From positions 472,476 to 536,475 of the forward strand of contig JALDTO010000162.1 of assembly GCA_023515725.1 (NCBI GenBank): DNA of 64,000 nt, written 5' to 3'. Under the pieces are notes generated by a model, which was given only the letters and a program-made list of their open reading frames with translations, was not told where the DNA came from and did not search any database. Position 1 is the stretch's first letter. Each line of letters starts with the position of its first letter. The DNA is from Amoeboaphelidium protococcarum X5 (taxonomy: Eukaryota; Fungi; Aphelidiomycota). The translations under genes and the position numbers were made by a program. Below, one piece after another: positions 52,997-64,000 of this stretch.

Positions 52997-53181
52997 ATTT
53001 ACTTTTGTGATATTTTAATTCTAAGCGTTTCACTCAAAACAGGAAAAGTGCGGGCTTGTAAATTTTAGGTACCGGCAATTTCGAAGAAGAGAGGAAAACT
53101 TGAAAATTCCGGGGCTGCCGCGCCGGAATTGGATTTGGAAAATTTCGGCTAAGGATTTTTGTAAAAATATTGTAATGGATA

Positions 53182-56100
53182 GTGTCGAAGGCATGTCCAA
53201 GCATTAAAAACATAACTTAATTTAATCGAGATCATAATGACTAGTCTAGAGAACGCTTTAATATCTTTTTAACAGCGTCTTTCTCGCGTTTTTCTTCTTT
53301 GTTGGGCGCTCGTTTCACTATTCGACACCATTGCTTAGCATGACCATCAGCAAATCTAAATATCCCCTGCTCATTCTTTTTCATATATACATCTTTACGA
53401 GCAGCACAGACTTAGACAGATTCATCCAAAAGAAGCTCTTAAAATCTCTTCATGTCCGGATCTATTGGTTTCAATAAACTAGCCGATGTTGTTTCAGGCG
53501 AAATAGTACTTAGAACATCGCCCTTGTTACTGAAGGCTCTTCAAAGACTACCGCTTGATCCATGTTATCCGAATCATCGTATAATTTTTCAAGAGCAGGC
53601 AAATTAAGAACTCTCATACACCCAAAACGCTCTAGCTCACCAACATGCTCAAAATTCCAATACAAGTAGTTATCTGTAGGGCTCTACAAATGCAACTGTT
53701 CATTCGCTGTTCTTCTGAAGAACAGTCTATATAGGCAACTCAAATCATTAGAAAAGCATTCCTACCAATACCTAGGCGAATGGACTGGTTGTAATTCCAG
53801 CGACTAATCACGTCTAACATCATAAAGTCAGAAAGAGCTGGATTCAGAGAAAGTGCAGCTATACATCGTCTCAAATGTCTATGGAATCCTTCTTGACTAG
53901 AGCTACCTCTGGCACTTCTATACTTACTGAGCTGAGCATTGTCTGACTTGATGTCCATGTACAGCTCCACATCCGGATGGTCTGAAACGCATCCTTTTCC
54001 AATATGCTCCATCTAACTTTAGTGGATCTCTAAAATCTTCTTTGTAATCAGGTCAGGAGCAATTAGATGAAACAGAACAATAACCGCATCAACACGAGTG
54101 CCCAACTCCTTCGCTGATGGAATCTATCTCTTCAGTCTCCCTTAACGGATATACTTTCTAATGGTGAAAAATATTTCTGACTAGGACAGTCCTTTACCTT
54201 CAAGAAACTCTTCAATTAGCGCCTTGTCTTCAGGATCATTAATGAAAATGGCATCGCTCAAGAAGGCCAAAAATACAGAGTACAATGAATGAGACTTTGA
54301 CACTGCGTAGCGCTAAATTAGATGGAATGGATCCAGGAGCACTCTCTGATATTCTTGCCCATTGTCATTTACAGCAGCATTAGGGGATGATGATTCAGCC
54401 ACTGCAGCACCAGTACACAGCGAAGCATTTACAGCAGCAATAGGCGCTGGAGGAAAGTCTGACAATACACCAACTTATTCAGACTCAGATTTAGATTCCT
54501 TATACAGCAATAGTGAAGCATATTCATCTGAAGCATACTTGAGTTGATTTTCATTTAATTATAAACTCTCCCAGTCAGAGAACAATGAGAGATAGTCTTT
54601 ACCGATTTTTAAACGAAGTACAGCAGCGCAGAGAGCTTTCAAACTCAACTAGGTGTAGCCCTTGTCTTTGTAAACATCCATCAGCTCGACCACACCATTG
54701 ACTGTTACATTGAATTGGTTCAGCAGTCTAGTTACGTCACCTTTGATATTCACGCCAGTTTTCACGACATCCGATTGAAGAAACTAGCATAACGACTGTG
54801 GAAATTACTAGAAGGCTTTCAAACTTATAATGAAACAATGCGTTTAAGTGCATATCTAGATGACAGCTATCTTCCCAGCAGGAACACCAGTCTAGAATGA
54901 AGTATTCCATTCAGCATCAAATCCGACACATTAACATGATTCCAACACCGCCAGACATTGAGCCAAACTGTCGAAACATTTCACATGCATTATTTCACCA
55001 GGGAATTTCAGAGGCTTCAAATGATTCGACAAACAACTTGATGTCTAGAGCGATGGAAATATCGATGCAATGGCACTTCTATCTTAGCAGCAATTATCGA
55101 TGTAGAATAACTCTGGTCCATCAGAGCCAATAGCCTCGTATCTCATGGCAAGCAAACGCAACTCATCTTCAATCTCCAGTAGAGATTAAGTATTGACAAA
55201 ATAAAAACCAGAAATTTAGCCATTCTCATTCATTAAAGAATAGCAAGCTTCGAATAAACGCTGATGTTCCTGCTTTACTACCTTTGCAATCTTGAAAGTG
55301 TGATCGGCGCTGAGAACTTTCCCAGTCACCTGCATGATACCAGCTCTCTAAATGTCCGCATTCAGAGTTGCTTACTCCTAATAGCACTTGGTGAGCAGCG
55401 GAGTACTTGGCACGAAGCCGTTCCATCCACCAGAGTCGTCAAGCGCACCAAACTAAGGCACTTGTTTCAACTATCCAACATTCACTTGGAGAGGATTCTT
55501 CAGCCCATGCAACACAAACGACTCGAAGCGATCGACAGTTGCCCAATAACGCGTATCGGCAACTTCCTTTAATGAATCCTAAATCGCTTAAAAGGAGACG
55601 CCTTTCACTACTAAAGACTAAACTAAGGATACCAGATCCTGATCCAAAGCAGATTTTGGATAAATACGAGAAGGGAACTGAGCTTGAATAAAATCAGGCA
55701 TCTTACTGATAGCTCGATGATCAAACCCAGCAAAGCTAGTATCGCATCCTCTACAATGATATCGAAAACAAATTACATAATACAAATGACCAAGAGATGC
55801 CACGCGCCGAGGACCACACTCATTCCAACCTGTTTCGTGAACTAAACCAAAAACATGACCACAATTTACACATGGCATGTGACGCATATACTTCCAAAAG
55901 AACAGCTCTGGTATCCAAAAATATACTGGTACAGCCTGCCAGTCAATTGGATTCACTGATCCTGACATCAAATGATTAGGTGGTAGAGCTAAAAAAGTAT
56001 CCCAATCAGGCTTTACTGCTGGAACACATAGACAATGAGATGGCATTTGCTTGGTACGATTGCAAGCCGCGGTCCTTCCAGATCTATCACTGCCCTTCAA

Positions 56101-56676
56101 GAAAGTCCTGATCTTCCTGACCTTAGACTCAAGCCATGAAAACTTGGGATCTTTCAGCCACTTCAAAGCTTTCGAATTGGCAAACTCATCACAGTCATCG
56201 CTACCCTTTGCTTCATCATCATGTTATAAATCACCAACATCAGCCTCAGGCAACTTCTACTGCTGACCTTATTGTGAATTCTCATCCACCTACTGCTTGG
56301 GTGCGAAAAACTAGCTCACCTTTGCATTGTTTTTGACCTTACATACCTTCTCATGGTTGTACTTGTTCTAAAAAGAGAATTCCTTATTGCAATTAGGACA
56401 AATATACGGTTTTGCCTTATAGTATGATCAAGTCAACTAGCCTTAGGCGGCATTCTTGCCAGGCTTGATATGTGGTTTCACCAAACTTGTTGACTTGATC
56501 ATCTGGTATTTAAAAATTTCCAAGTCTTTAAGTTGAAACTTGAATTTTTTGCGCCGAACTTTTTCATTTTACAGTTTTCCGTGCTCGCGCGAATTCTTTC
56601 TCGCTTTTTCTTTGCATTGGACTCCCTTGGACAATTGACGGTTGTCATTGCTTGGACACCGAAGTGCGTGCGACAC
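53182..56676 (-). mobile_element. ~3.5 kb DNA transposon with imperfect terminal inverted repeats
   Basis: Left GTGTCGaaGGCA-TGTCCAAGCA (53182-53203) versus the reverse complement of 56649-56676, GTGTCGcacGCActtcggTGTCCAAGCA; encloses the transposase ORF. Confidence 0.6.
53740..56427 (-). CDS. DUF6729-type DDE transposase (DxxH class) with inserted DEDDy 3'-5' exonuclease and N-terminal Zn fingers; likely frameshifted at ~53755
   Basis: 896 codons open in table 6: CPNC..HEKVC; VYFWIPE..MPCVNC..GW..GPRRV..YHCRGC; LSADHTFK; FYIDNCC; exonuclease VGFDAEW / GVNIKGD / SDWE..LKYASD; VLLDPFH; RGSSSQEGFH. Start codon unresolved. Confidence 0.8.
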
Positions 56677-56893
56677 GATTTATTCCAAAAAGCGAACTTG
56701 CCGTTGTCGCTGTCGTTGTTGTTGTTGTCGAGTCTTTGTGTGTTGGACAATCCGAGCGAGGTTTTTTGAAAGATCTAAGGTTGATCCAAATTGCGAGTGA
56801 AAGAGACGCGTTCGATAAAATTTTTTTGATCTCTCTTCTTCTGTTATCATAAGTCATACATTTTCATCAACAATTTGAGAAAATAGAATCAAG

Positions 56894-56962
56894 ATGCGTG
56901 AGAAGTGGAGAAAGAAGAGAATGAGAAGATTGAAGAGAAAGCGTCGCAAGAACCGTAAGTGA
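56894..56962 (+). CDS. RPL41: Ribosomal protein eL41 (eS32)
   Basis: MREKWRKKRMRRLKRKRRKNRK* (22 aa), below the ORF-track length cutoff. Confidence 0.93.
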   Translation: MREKWRKKRMRRLKRKRRKNRK

Positions 56963-57207
56963 TCAGTGTGAAGGGGGTTCAGTGACGGTTTGGCAGTAGT
57001 AATAAAATCACTATACTATGATTTCTTTTGGCTTCTTTCGTTTACTTGTCCAAGAATCGAATTTGTTTCATTTCGACTATTGTTCTTTTCTATCTCTTTT
57101 AAGTATAAACTCCAACTGTATATCACCAGAGTCGTTCATTGAATTTCTCTAATACTGTTCGCTCACTCCTCAACTTGTCTTTATTAAAACTACAACATTG
57201 AATTAAA

Positions 57208-59745
57208 ATGAACAAAAAAAAGAGTCAACAAACATAATAATAATTGTCATAGAGTAACGGTGGGAAGTAGGGAGTGTCTGAGACATTTCTGTCACCGCCA
57301 GTGGAGGAAGCATTGCATGAAATATTGAGAGACTGGCCTCAACTGGTGCCGAGCATAGAGCAGATTGAGCGTAATGAAACAGACTACAATCCCATCACTC
57401 TGGCGCTAGAACTGCTTGATACAACTAATCCTGCATCCAAGTCTCCGGATATGTTCTTTGAGTCTCTGGGCAAGTTGGAACATGCGATGGAGGTATTGGT
57501 GGATGAATACTACACCCCATTTAATGCCAGTATCCAGACGTACAGTCAAGTGTCACAAATGGTTGGATCATCGCTCACATCAGCCACCACGATCAAAAGT
57601 GATCTGGTCAAGTGTATTACTCTGCTTTCTGAACGAAGAAATGATCGCATGAATTAGGAACTCCTGTCAGTGTGGACCAAGTCTGTCAAGGTGAAGGAGA
57701 TGCTCAAGATGTTCACGCAGATTGATGAACTTGTCTAGACTCCTGCAAAATTATAAAGGTTGATGACAGAAGCAGAGTATGTACAGGCTGCCAAGTTGTT
57801 GCTTTCAAGTCTCAAGAAACTTGGTGTCGGTCAGTCATAGACTAGCGGTTTGAATGAAGTTCAAGGTCTGAAGCAGTTGACTGAAAATCTCTTAGTGTTG
57901 CGTAAAGAACTTCCATCACAGATATTGGATCACTTGGTGGAGATCATGTTTGGACATGGAGATTATTATTATCAGTAGAACTTGTTTAGTTTAGGTCGCC
58001 AGCTCTGTATTGAGAATAGTGGTGGTTATGGGATAGACGGTGATATTCATCATCCAGGTAAAGAGAATGATAATTTTATCCCTGGACATATCCGTCATAA
58101 TCGAGACTAATCTAATTCCGTGTAAAGCAAAAGTAATGGCAAAGTTTCTAATAATGCTAGTACCACTCGCAATGATAGTAATAAAGATGTTTTTCATCTT
58201 GTCAACATGTGCGTCTAAGCTTTGGATTTATTAGATAAAGTGAATGAATCTGCTGCTGAGATCAAAAGTAGACTGAGCAATGAAATGTTCAAAGTTACTG
58301 AGGCTGTAATTAAGTAATTTGAGTGCGATTTTGGCTAGACGAAAGGTTAATTGAAGCAATTTAAGAAGAAGACTGCCACTTTGGTATTGAATGAAGTTTT
58401 CAATCTGAAAAAGAAGGACCCCCTCTGGACATTGCTCAAAGGAGAAGATGAACAATAGCGAAAATTGTTACTCCTTCTATTCTCTTAACTGTTTGAGAGG
58501 TATAAGTGGATTTACTAGATGAATTAGTATGTGGTGAAGTGCCTCAAGGATTCTTACATGTCAGAGTCCACGGAGAAGATGTATTATCTGTAGGTGACTG
58601 ATGGGCGAAAGAGTCCTGTGAAAGATAAGGTGCTACGTTTATCTGCTGTAGATTCTTGGAATGCCATTTAGACGGAGCTGAAAGATATTTTGGGGTTGTA
58701 TTTGGACATTTAGTCTCACCAGTTTTAAGATAAGCCACTGCCCATTGCAAAACCTTAAGGAGCGTCTGGTAATGCATCTAATAGCGCGGTGTAAAAGTCA
58801 ATCTTCCAAATCGCCACTGAAAGCATTACCGGCGTGGCTCAGTCTGCCAAGAGTGCCAGCAGTCCATTGAAATCAAAGCCTGAAGATGGATAATTGCGCC
58901 CACAGTCTACCTAGATCCCCGTGGCCATCAATACATTGGGAGCTCAGGGACATAAAGTTTTAGTAGATGGTAGCATTGCCAATATCCTCACTCTGTATAA
59001 GCCATGCGTAGACTTTGCAGCTTTTATGGAAGCTAATTTCCTGAATAGATTCGAGCGCCGTAGTGAGATATTCTCTTTTCTCAACACCGCGTTGGGTACG
59101 CACTTTATTGAATACATAAACAAGATGGTGGTGGAGAGTCGATACAACACTAATGTAATGGTTGATGACGCGTTTGACATTGACTCTGAGTCTGATGACT
59201 ATTATCTTGTGCAAAGATGCTTTCCCTCAATGTCTGCTCTGCTCTACGATGTGTATGTGGTATAACGCAGAATGCTCATGTTTGCTGATAAGTTACAAGC
59301 TATAATTGACAGGTGCATGAATTAGTTTATCAGCTCTTGCTCAGCGTACTTTGAGAAGACTGCCGGTAGGATAAATTCCGGCTTATCAAGCGAGTACTCT
59401 AGTAGTAGAATCGCTATTGATGTTTTGCAAATGGATCAAGTTACTGCAGTGTATAGGCAAGTTTTTACTGGTGGTGATGATGGTGGGAATTCGGGTGCAC
59501 TTAATAACGTGGTCAATCACGATAAAATGGAACTGTCAATTGATGAAATGCACTCCATTAAGCAGCGATTTATTGAATAACGTTTTGGAGAAGAATTTGC
59601 ATTCATTAATGTTGATTACTCTAGCGTGGAATCTATCGCCAATTTGTACGTCTCTTTGCGATGGTTCACCCGTTCCATTGAATGTATCTCTGTTAAATTG
59701 TCGAATATCCCATCTCAGACCGCTTCGCCTAGTGTACAACGGTGA
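57208..59745 (+). CDS. SEC8: Exocyst subunit Sec8/EXOC4
   Basis: YNPITLALELLD..LVDEYYTPFNASIQTY..IDELVQTPAKL..YVQAAKLL; first TGA seen in frame at 59743, shorter than typical Sec8. Confidence 0.8.
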
Positions 59746-59850
59746 TAAATATTACTCGTTATGTTATTGTACCTCTTTTTGGTTTAGTTGTTATTTTCAC
59801 GTAATACTTATTTAAATTGTTACTATAGCTAAAACGCGTCAGGTTTCGTA

Positions 59851-60940
59851 ATGACGTTGATTCCCAGCGAAATTATAGCAAGGTGCCAAGGTAAGTATAA
59901 ATCTACTAAAAAGTCAATGAGGACGCCATCTGTCTGTATTTAGTGTAGATTTGAATTAACGAATTAACGTAAAATCTCAATCTGGTGATGTCTAGAGCGA
60001 TGAGTCTAATATGCATAATAAGTTTATCCAAGAAATCACCGTGTTAGAATCTTAACTGCACCAGGTGCGCTCTCAAATGGCAGCATATGATGTGAAAATG
60101 TGCTTAGATATTCTTACATCTTTAAAGCGACAATTGGATTCTTATAGTCAAGTTGCGCGTCCAAGATTTAAATTCAAGAGCAAGTCGCGGTAACGTGAAG
60201 CTGATTAGACTTTTTTAGATAAAGACTCGGCAAATTCAGCTTAATAGATATGCGATAAAGCTTATGATTAGGCATCTCATGACAATCAAGAGCATTTGGC
60301 TGTCAGCGAACAGTGTTTAAGTATTCGTGACGTTCATTATCGCCACCAGTTACCTGAATCCTTGTTGAGTCTTATAGTAAATGCTAACTTTCAGACTATC
60401 TCTGTTAAAAACTGTTCATTCGCCGTAATTGATCTTCAAAGTTTAAAATATTAGCCAAAGTCTCTGCGTATTTCAAATGTAAAATCGTGCTTGGTGATTG
60501 CTCCTCCTGTTGATGGACCGGTGTTTGTAGATGGCGTATCAGAGTCTCTCATCATCTGTCATTGTAAGCAATTGCGCGTGCATAACAGTTCTGGTGTAAA
60601 GTTCATTGGGTTTAGCTCAAGTTCGCCTGTAATTGAGAATTGTACACAGCTCACCTTTGCTGATTCTCGCGATTTTTATAATCATTATGAAGATCAAATT
60701 TAGTAGGTTGAAGGTAGTTCTGTTCAGTATAATGATGGATCATAAATCGTTGGACCGATTAATAAATTCTATCAAGTGCAAGATTTTGGTTGGCTCCAAG
60801 CTGGGCAGAGTCCAAACTACAATGTTGATAATTCTGTGTCTGATGTTACAAGTCATATCCTAGAGTAGATAAAGATTTACTCTGATAATATTCGATAGCA
60901 GCAATAACAAGAACAGAAATGTGATATAGGTAGAGGCTGA
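59851..60940 (+). CDS. TBCC: Tubulin-specific chaperone C; probable intron 59891-59948
   Basis: MAAYDVK..PRFKFK; VDGPVFV..CKQLRVH..SPVIENC; VQDFGWLQAGQSPNY. Confidence 0.88.
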
Positions 60941-61072
60941 ATTAAAGTAATATTGATGATTAAAAAAATTAACAAATAGTACAAAGCTAATACTCTTATT
61001 AACGTCCAACCTCAAGCGTACACTATTATCGAGCGTTATAACACGTTAATACTCGCCAAGTGTTCACCAAGT

Positions 61073-62866
61073 TCACGTTCCAACATACTGAGGACCGCCA
61101 CCACCTTAAGGCACGACCCAATTGATGTTCTGTGATGGATCCTTGATATCGCAAGTCTTGCAGTGAACACAATTCTGCGCATTGATCTGCAAGCGCTTGC
61201 CACCAGATCCATCCTCCTTCTCCACATACTCATAAACACCTGCCGGGCAGAATCGGTTCTCTGGACCATCAAACACGGCTAGATTCCTATTCACTGGCAC
61301 ATCCTTGTCCTTAAGAGTGAGATGAACAGGCTGGTCGTGATCATGATTAGTACCAGATCTGGTCAAGTTGGTGAGTAGATCAAAGCTGAGCACACCATCT
61401 GGTTTAGGATACTATATACGCTTAGACTCTGCGGCAGGCTTCAGACAGGCATAATCAGGAGGTCCATGCTTAAAAGTGACCGGTAACTTTCCTCTAAACA
61501 GAATCGTCTCCAATCCTGACCACAATACACCTCCATAGAGTCCTTTGAACGAGTGAAAGGCAGGACGGCAATTGCGAATAGCCCACAATTCCTCCCATAC
61601 CCACGACTCTTTCAAAGTCTTTTCATACTCAGAAAGTTCAATAGCAGATGATGATGAACCTGCAGACTCTTCAGATGCGCCGCTAAGAGCATTGAAAGCA
61701 GCTTCTGCAGCAAGCATTCCACTCTTCATCGCCGTATGGGTGCCCTTAATTTTTGGCACATTAACAAACCCGGCAGAGCAGCCAATAAGTGCACCACCTG
61801 GGAAGTAAAGCTTAGGTACACTCTACACACCACCCTCATTGATAGCACGGGCACCATAAGCAACACATGTTCCACCCTCCAAGTACTATCTAATAGACGG
61901 ATGATGCTTGTATCTCTAAAACTCCTTGTACGGACTCAAATACGGATTAGTGTAATCAAGGGCAACTACAAAGCCAACGTAGATCTTGTTACCATCTGCA
62001 TGATACAAGAACGATCCTCCGTAGGTATTAGAGTCTAGAGGCCATCCGAGACTGTGAACCACCAATCCGGGCTGATACATCTTATTTTTCTCTGGATCAA
62101 TCTCCCACACCTCCTTAATTCCGATACCATAAGTCTAGTGTTGACAGTCCTTGCGCAGGTCAAATTTATTAATCAACTCTTTTGACAGCGAACCGTGAAC
62201 ACCTTCACCAAATAGAGACAGTTTGGCATGAAATTCCATTCCACGTTCGAATGAGTCCTTAGGCTTACCATCACGGCCAATACCAACATCATTAGTAGCG
62301 ACACCTTTCACATTTCCGTTGTCATCATACAACACCTCGCTAGCAGCTATACCTGGATACACCTCAACGCCCAACTCTTCCGCCTGCTCACCCAGCCACT
62401 AGGTGACCTCTGACAAACTAACGATATAATTACCCTTATTAGACAGGGATGGAGGATGCGGTAGAGGAAGCGAAGACTTTTCAGTGAGATAGAGCATTTT
62501 ATCTTTAAGTGCAGGCTGTCTTAGAGGAGCACCGCGGTCCTTCCAGTCTGGGATGAGCTCATTCAGAGCCCGCGGTTCCAACACACAGCCAGACAGCGTG
62601 TGTCTACCAATCTCTGCCGCCTTCTCCAACACTACAACTCTTAAATCCTTATTCTTCTCATTGCACAGCTACTTGAACCTAATCGCTGCTGATAGCGATG
62701 CAGGTCCTCCACCAACAATGACAATATCAGTTTCGTCAACCGGTCTCTCTGCCTCAATCTTTGAGCCGAGCACAGACATTGGACCCTCTGCATAAGAACT
62801 TTAGAATCTTTTGGTACATACCGCTAGCGATTTCTTTATCCTAGACGCTGTAGTCAATCTCTTCAT
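61073..62866 (-). CDS. ETFDH: Electron transfer flavoprotein-ubiquinone oxidoreductase
   Basis: [27 protein letters not shown]-type motif, [23 protein letters not shown]; 598 codons in table 6. Confidence 0.96.
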
Positions 62867-63183
62867 ATTATAGCAGTTGATATCACTTTTAAACTATTGC
62901 AATTGGAAATAGTGTACAAGCTTTGCACTTACTGACTGAATGACTGACGTTTAATCGCTGCGCAGTTCTAAAGGAAAAGGAAAATCGTAAAATCTTGGCG
63001 CTGATCAGACGCTCTTCAAACAATCTGCTGTTACGATACGACTCTTCTATAAACTCCAATAGCTTTTTAGCAATCATTTAAAAGAGCAAATAAAGCTAAA
63101 TTAAAAGCCATGTTGAGATTGTGTATTAATCGCTCTTCTGAATATCAGTAGCGTAAATTACAGCATAAGAGGTAAAAAGAGTA

Positions 63184-63935
63184 TCAGAAAATGACATCAG
63201 CATCATGTTCATCCTGGAGTAGATTAGGCCCGACCTGAGCAGGATCTACAGCGAAATTGCCGTCAGTGTTCATACGTACAGCATTCTTGGCCGCTTCCTC
63301 ATCAGCATGTGCCAGCATTTCTTTATACGCAGCCTCCTTGGCCACCTTCTTCTTGCCTTGCACCTTCTTGAGACGGAAGAACTCCTCTCTGTCCAGTTCA
63401 TCCAATTCTGATTGAATGTACTTGATAGTGTTCTCAATCCTGGGGATAACTACGAATTCTATAGCATTAACTCTTCTGTTGGTAGCCTTGATCACCTCAT
63501 CCAAGATTACAAAGGCCGTCTACAAAGAGGCAATCTCAATCAACAGCTCTACCGATTTGACGTACGTCTCTTTACATCGCTGCACCTGAGCACCACCACG
63601 ACCAAGTCCAGTCAATTCAAAGGCATTACCGGGCTCATATTACTTTTCAAAGGCCGGAATCAACACACCGCTCACGTTCTCCTGCCGGCTTTTGACTTTA
63701 TAGTTGGCAGTCTTCACGTTCTCCCGCACCTGATATCCAATGTCACCGGCAGCGTATACAACTTGGGAGTATGAGAAGGAAGCAGTCTGCATCACCTGGC
63801 CCATCTGGCGCTTGAGATCATCAATCTTGTGCAGAATCTCTCTAAATCTCTTTGTCAAAGCCTCGCTCTTCCTCTTTAACAGAGAATGACCAGTCTGCGC
63901 ACCTTTTAATTTAATCTTCATGTTGGTCAAAGCCC
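63184..63935 (-). CDS. VMA8: V-type ATPase subunit D (partial; first exon beyond the window end)
   Basis: [15 protein letters not shown](TAG=Q)[36 protein letters not shown]; acceptor tgtag at ~63936. Confidence 0.95.
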
Positions 63936-64000
63936 TACACAACACAACGCAGTCTTTTTATTAAAGTGATTGTAAGTGTCAATGGTGATCGATCGACATA

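Noticed and set aside
56416-56453. 26-nt GC-AG intron giving the transposase the start MPPKAKPYICPNC
   Set aside because: Much shorter than the ~58-65 nt introns measured in this window; the start is left unresolved.
1-64000. Reading the many in-frame TAA/TAG codons as mass pseudogenisation or sequencing error
   Set aside because: They occur in essential genes without frameshifts, sit at Gln positions, and TGA does not interrupt those genes.
1-64000. CRISPR arrays, tRNA and rRNA genes
   Set aside because: No regularly spaced repeat-spacer array, tRNA cloverleaf or rRNA-like segment was seen by eye; tRNAscan-SE/Infernal would be needed to exclude them.

Overview
This is gene-dense, intron-poor eukaryotic (fungus-like opisthokont) genomic DNA that does not use the standard genetic code. 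TAA and TAG read as Gln and TGA is the only stop (translation table 6), so the supplied ORF track chops nearly every gene into pieces. Fungal-type genes plus this code match what is known for the aphelid Amoeboaphelidium protococcarum (an inference, not a database hit). Re-translated by hand, the window holds about 30 host genes: ZFP36-like, TYW3, GDT1, NIPA, UBE3A-like, cyclin, PAN3, RBM26/27, AIFM1, ODC, Met30-like F-box, IDH, ERF4, PTRHD1, VMA7, HPS1-like, JJJ1, importin-beta, IQSEC-like GEF, BAG, bS18m, mL60, eL41, SEC8, TBCC, ETFDH and VMA8. The introns I measured are GT-AG and ~60 nt. Mobile or accessory DNA lies between the genes. Highlights: (1) a Fanzor1 (eukaryotic TnpB-like RNA-guided nuclease) ORF at 35164-36201, visible as one ORF only in table 6, with a D->V change at the RuvC-III catalytic site and a compact structured omega-RNA candidate right after its stop; (2) a FEN1/XPG-type PIN nuclease relic at ~27600-29534 with a non-FEN1 C-terminal extension, possibly the N-half of a PIN-Fanzor fusion; (3) a ~3.5 kb TIR-bounded DNA transposon (53182-56676) whose DDE transposase carries an inserted DEDDy 3'-5' exonuclease; (4) a graveyard of MULE, REase, kinase-like and WD40 fragments at 13.1-17.3 kb. 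All calls come from manual translation and motif recognition; no searches were run.
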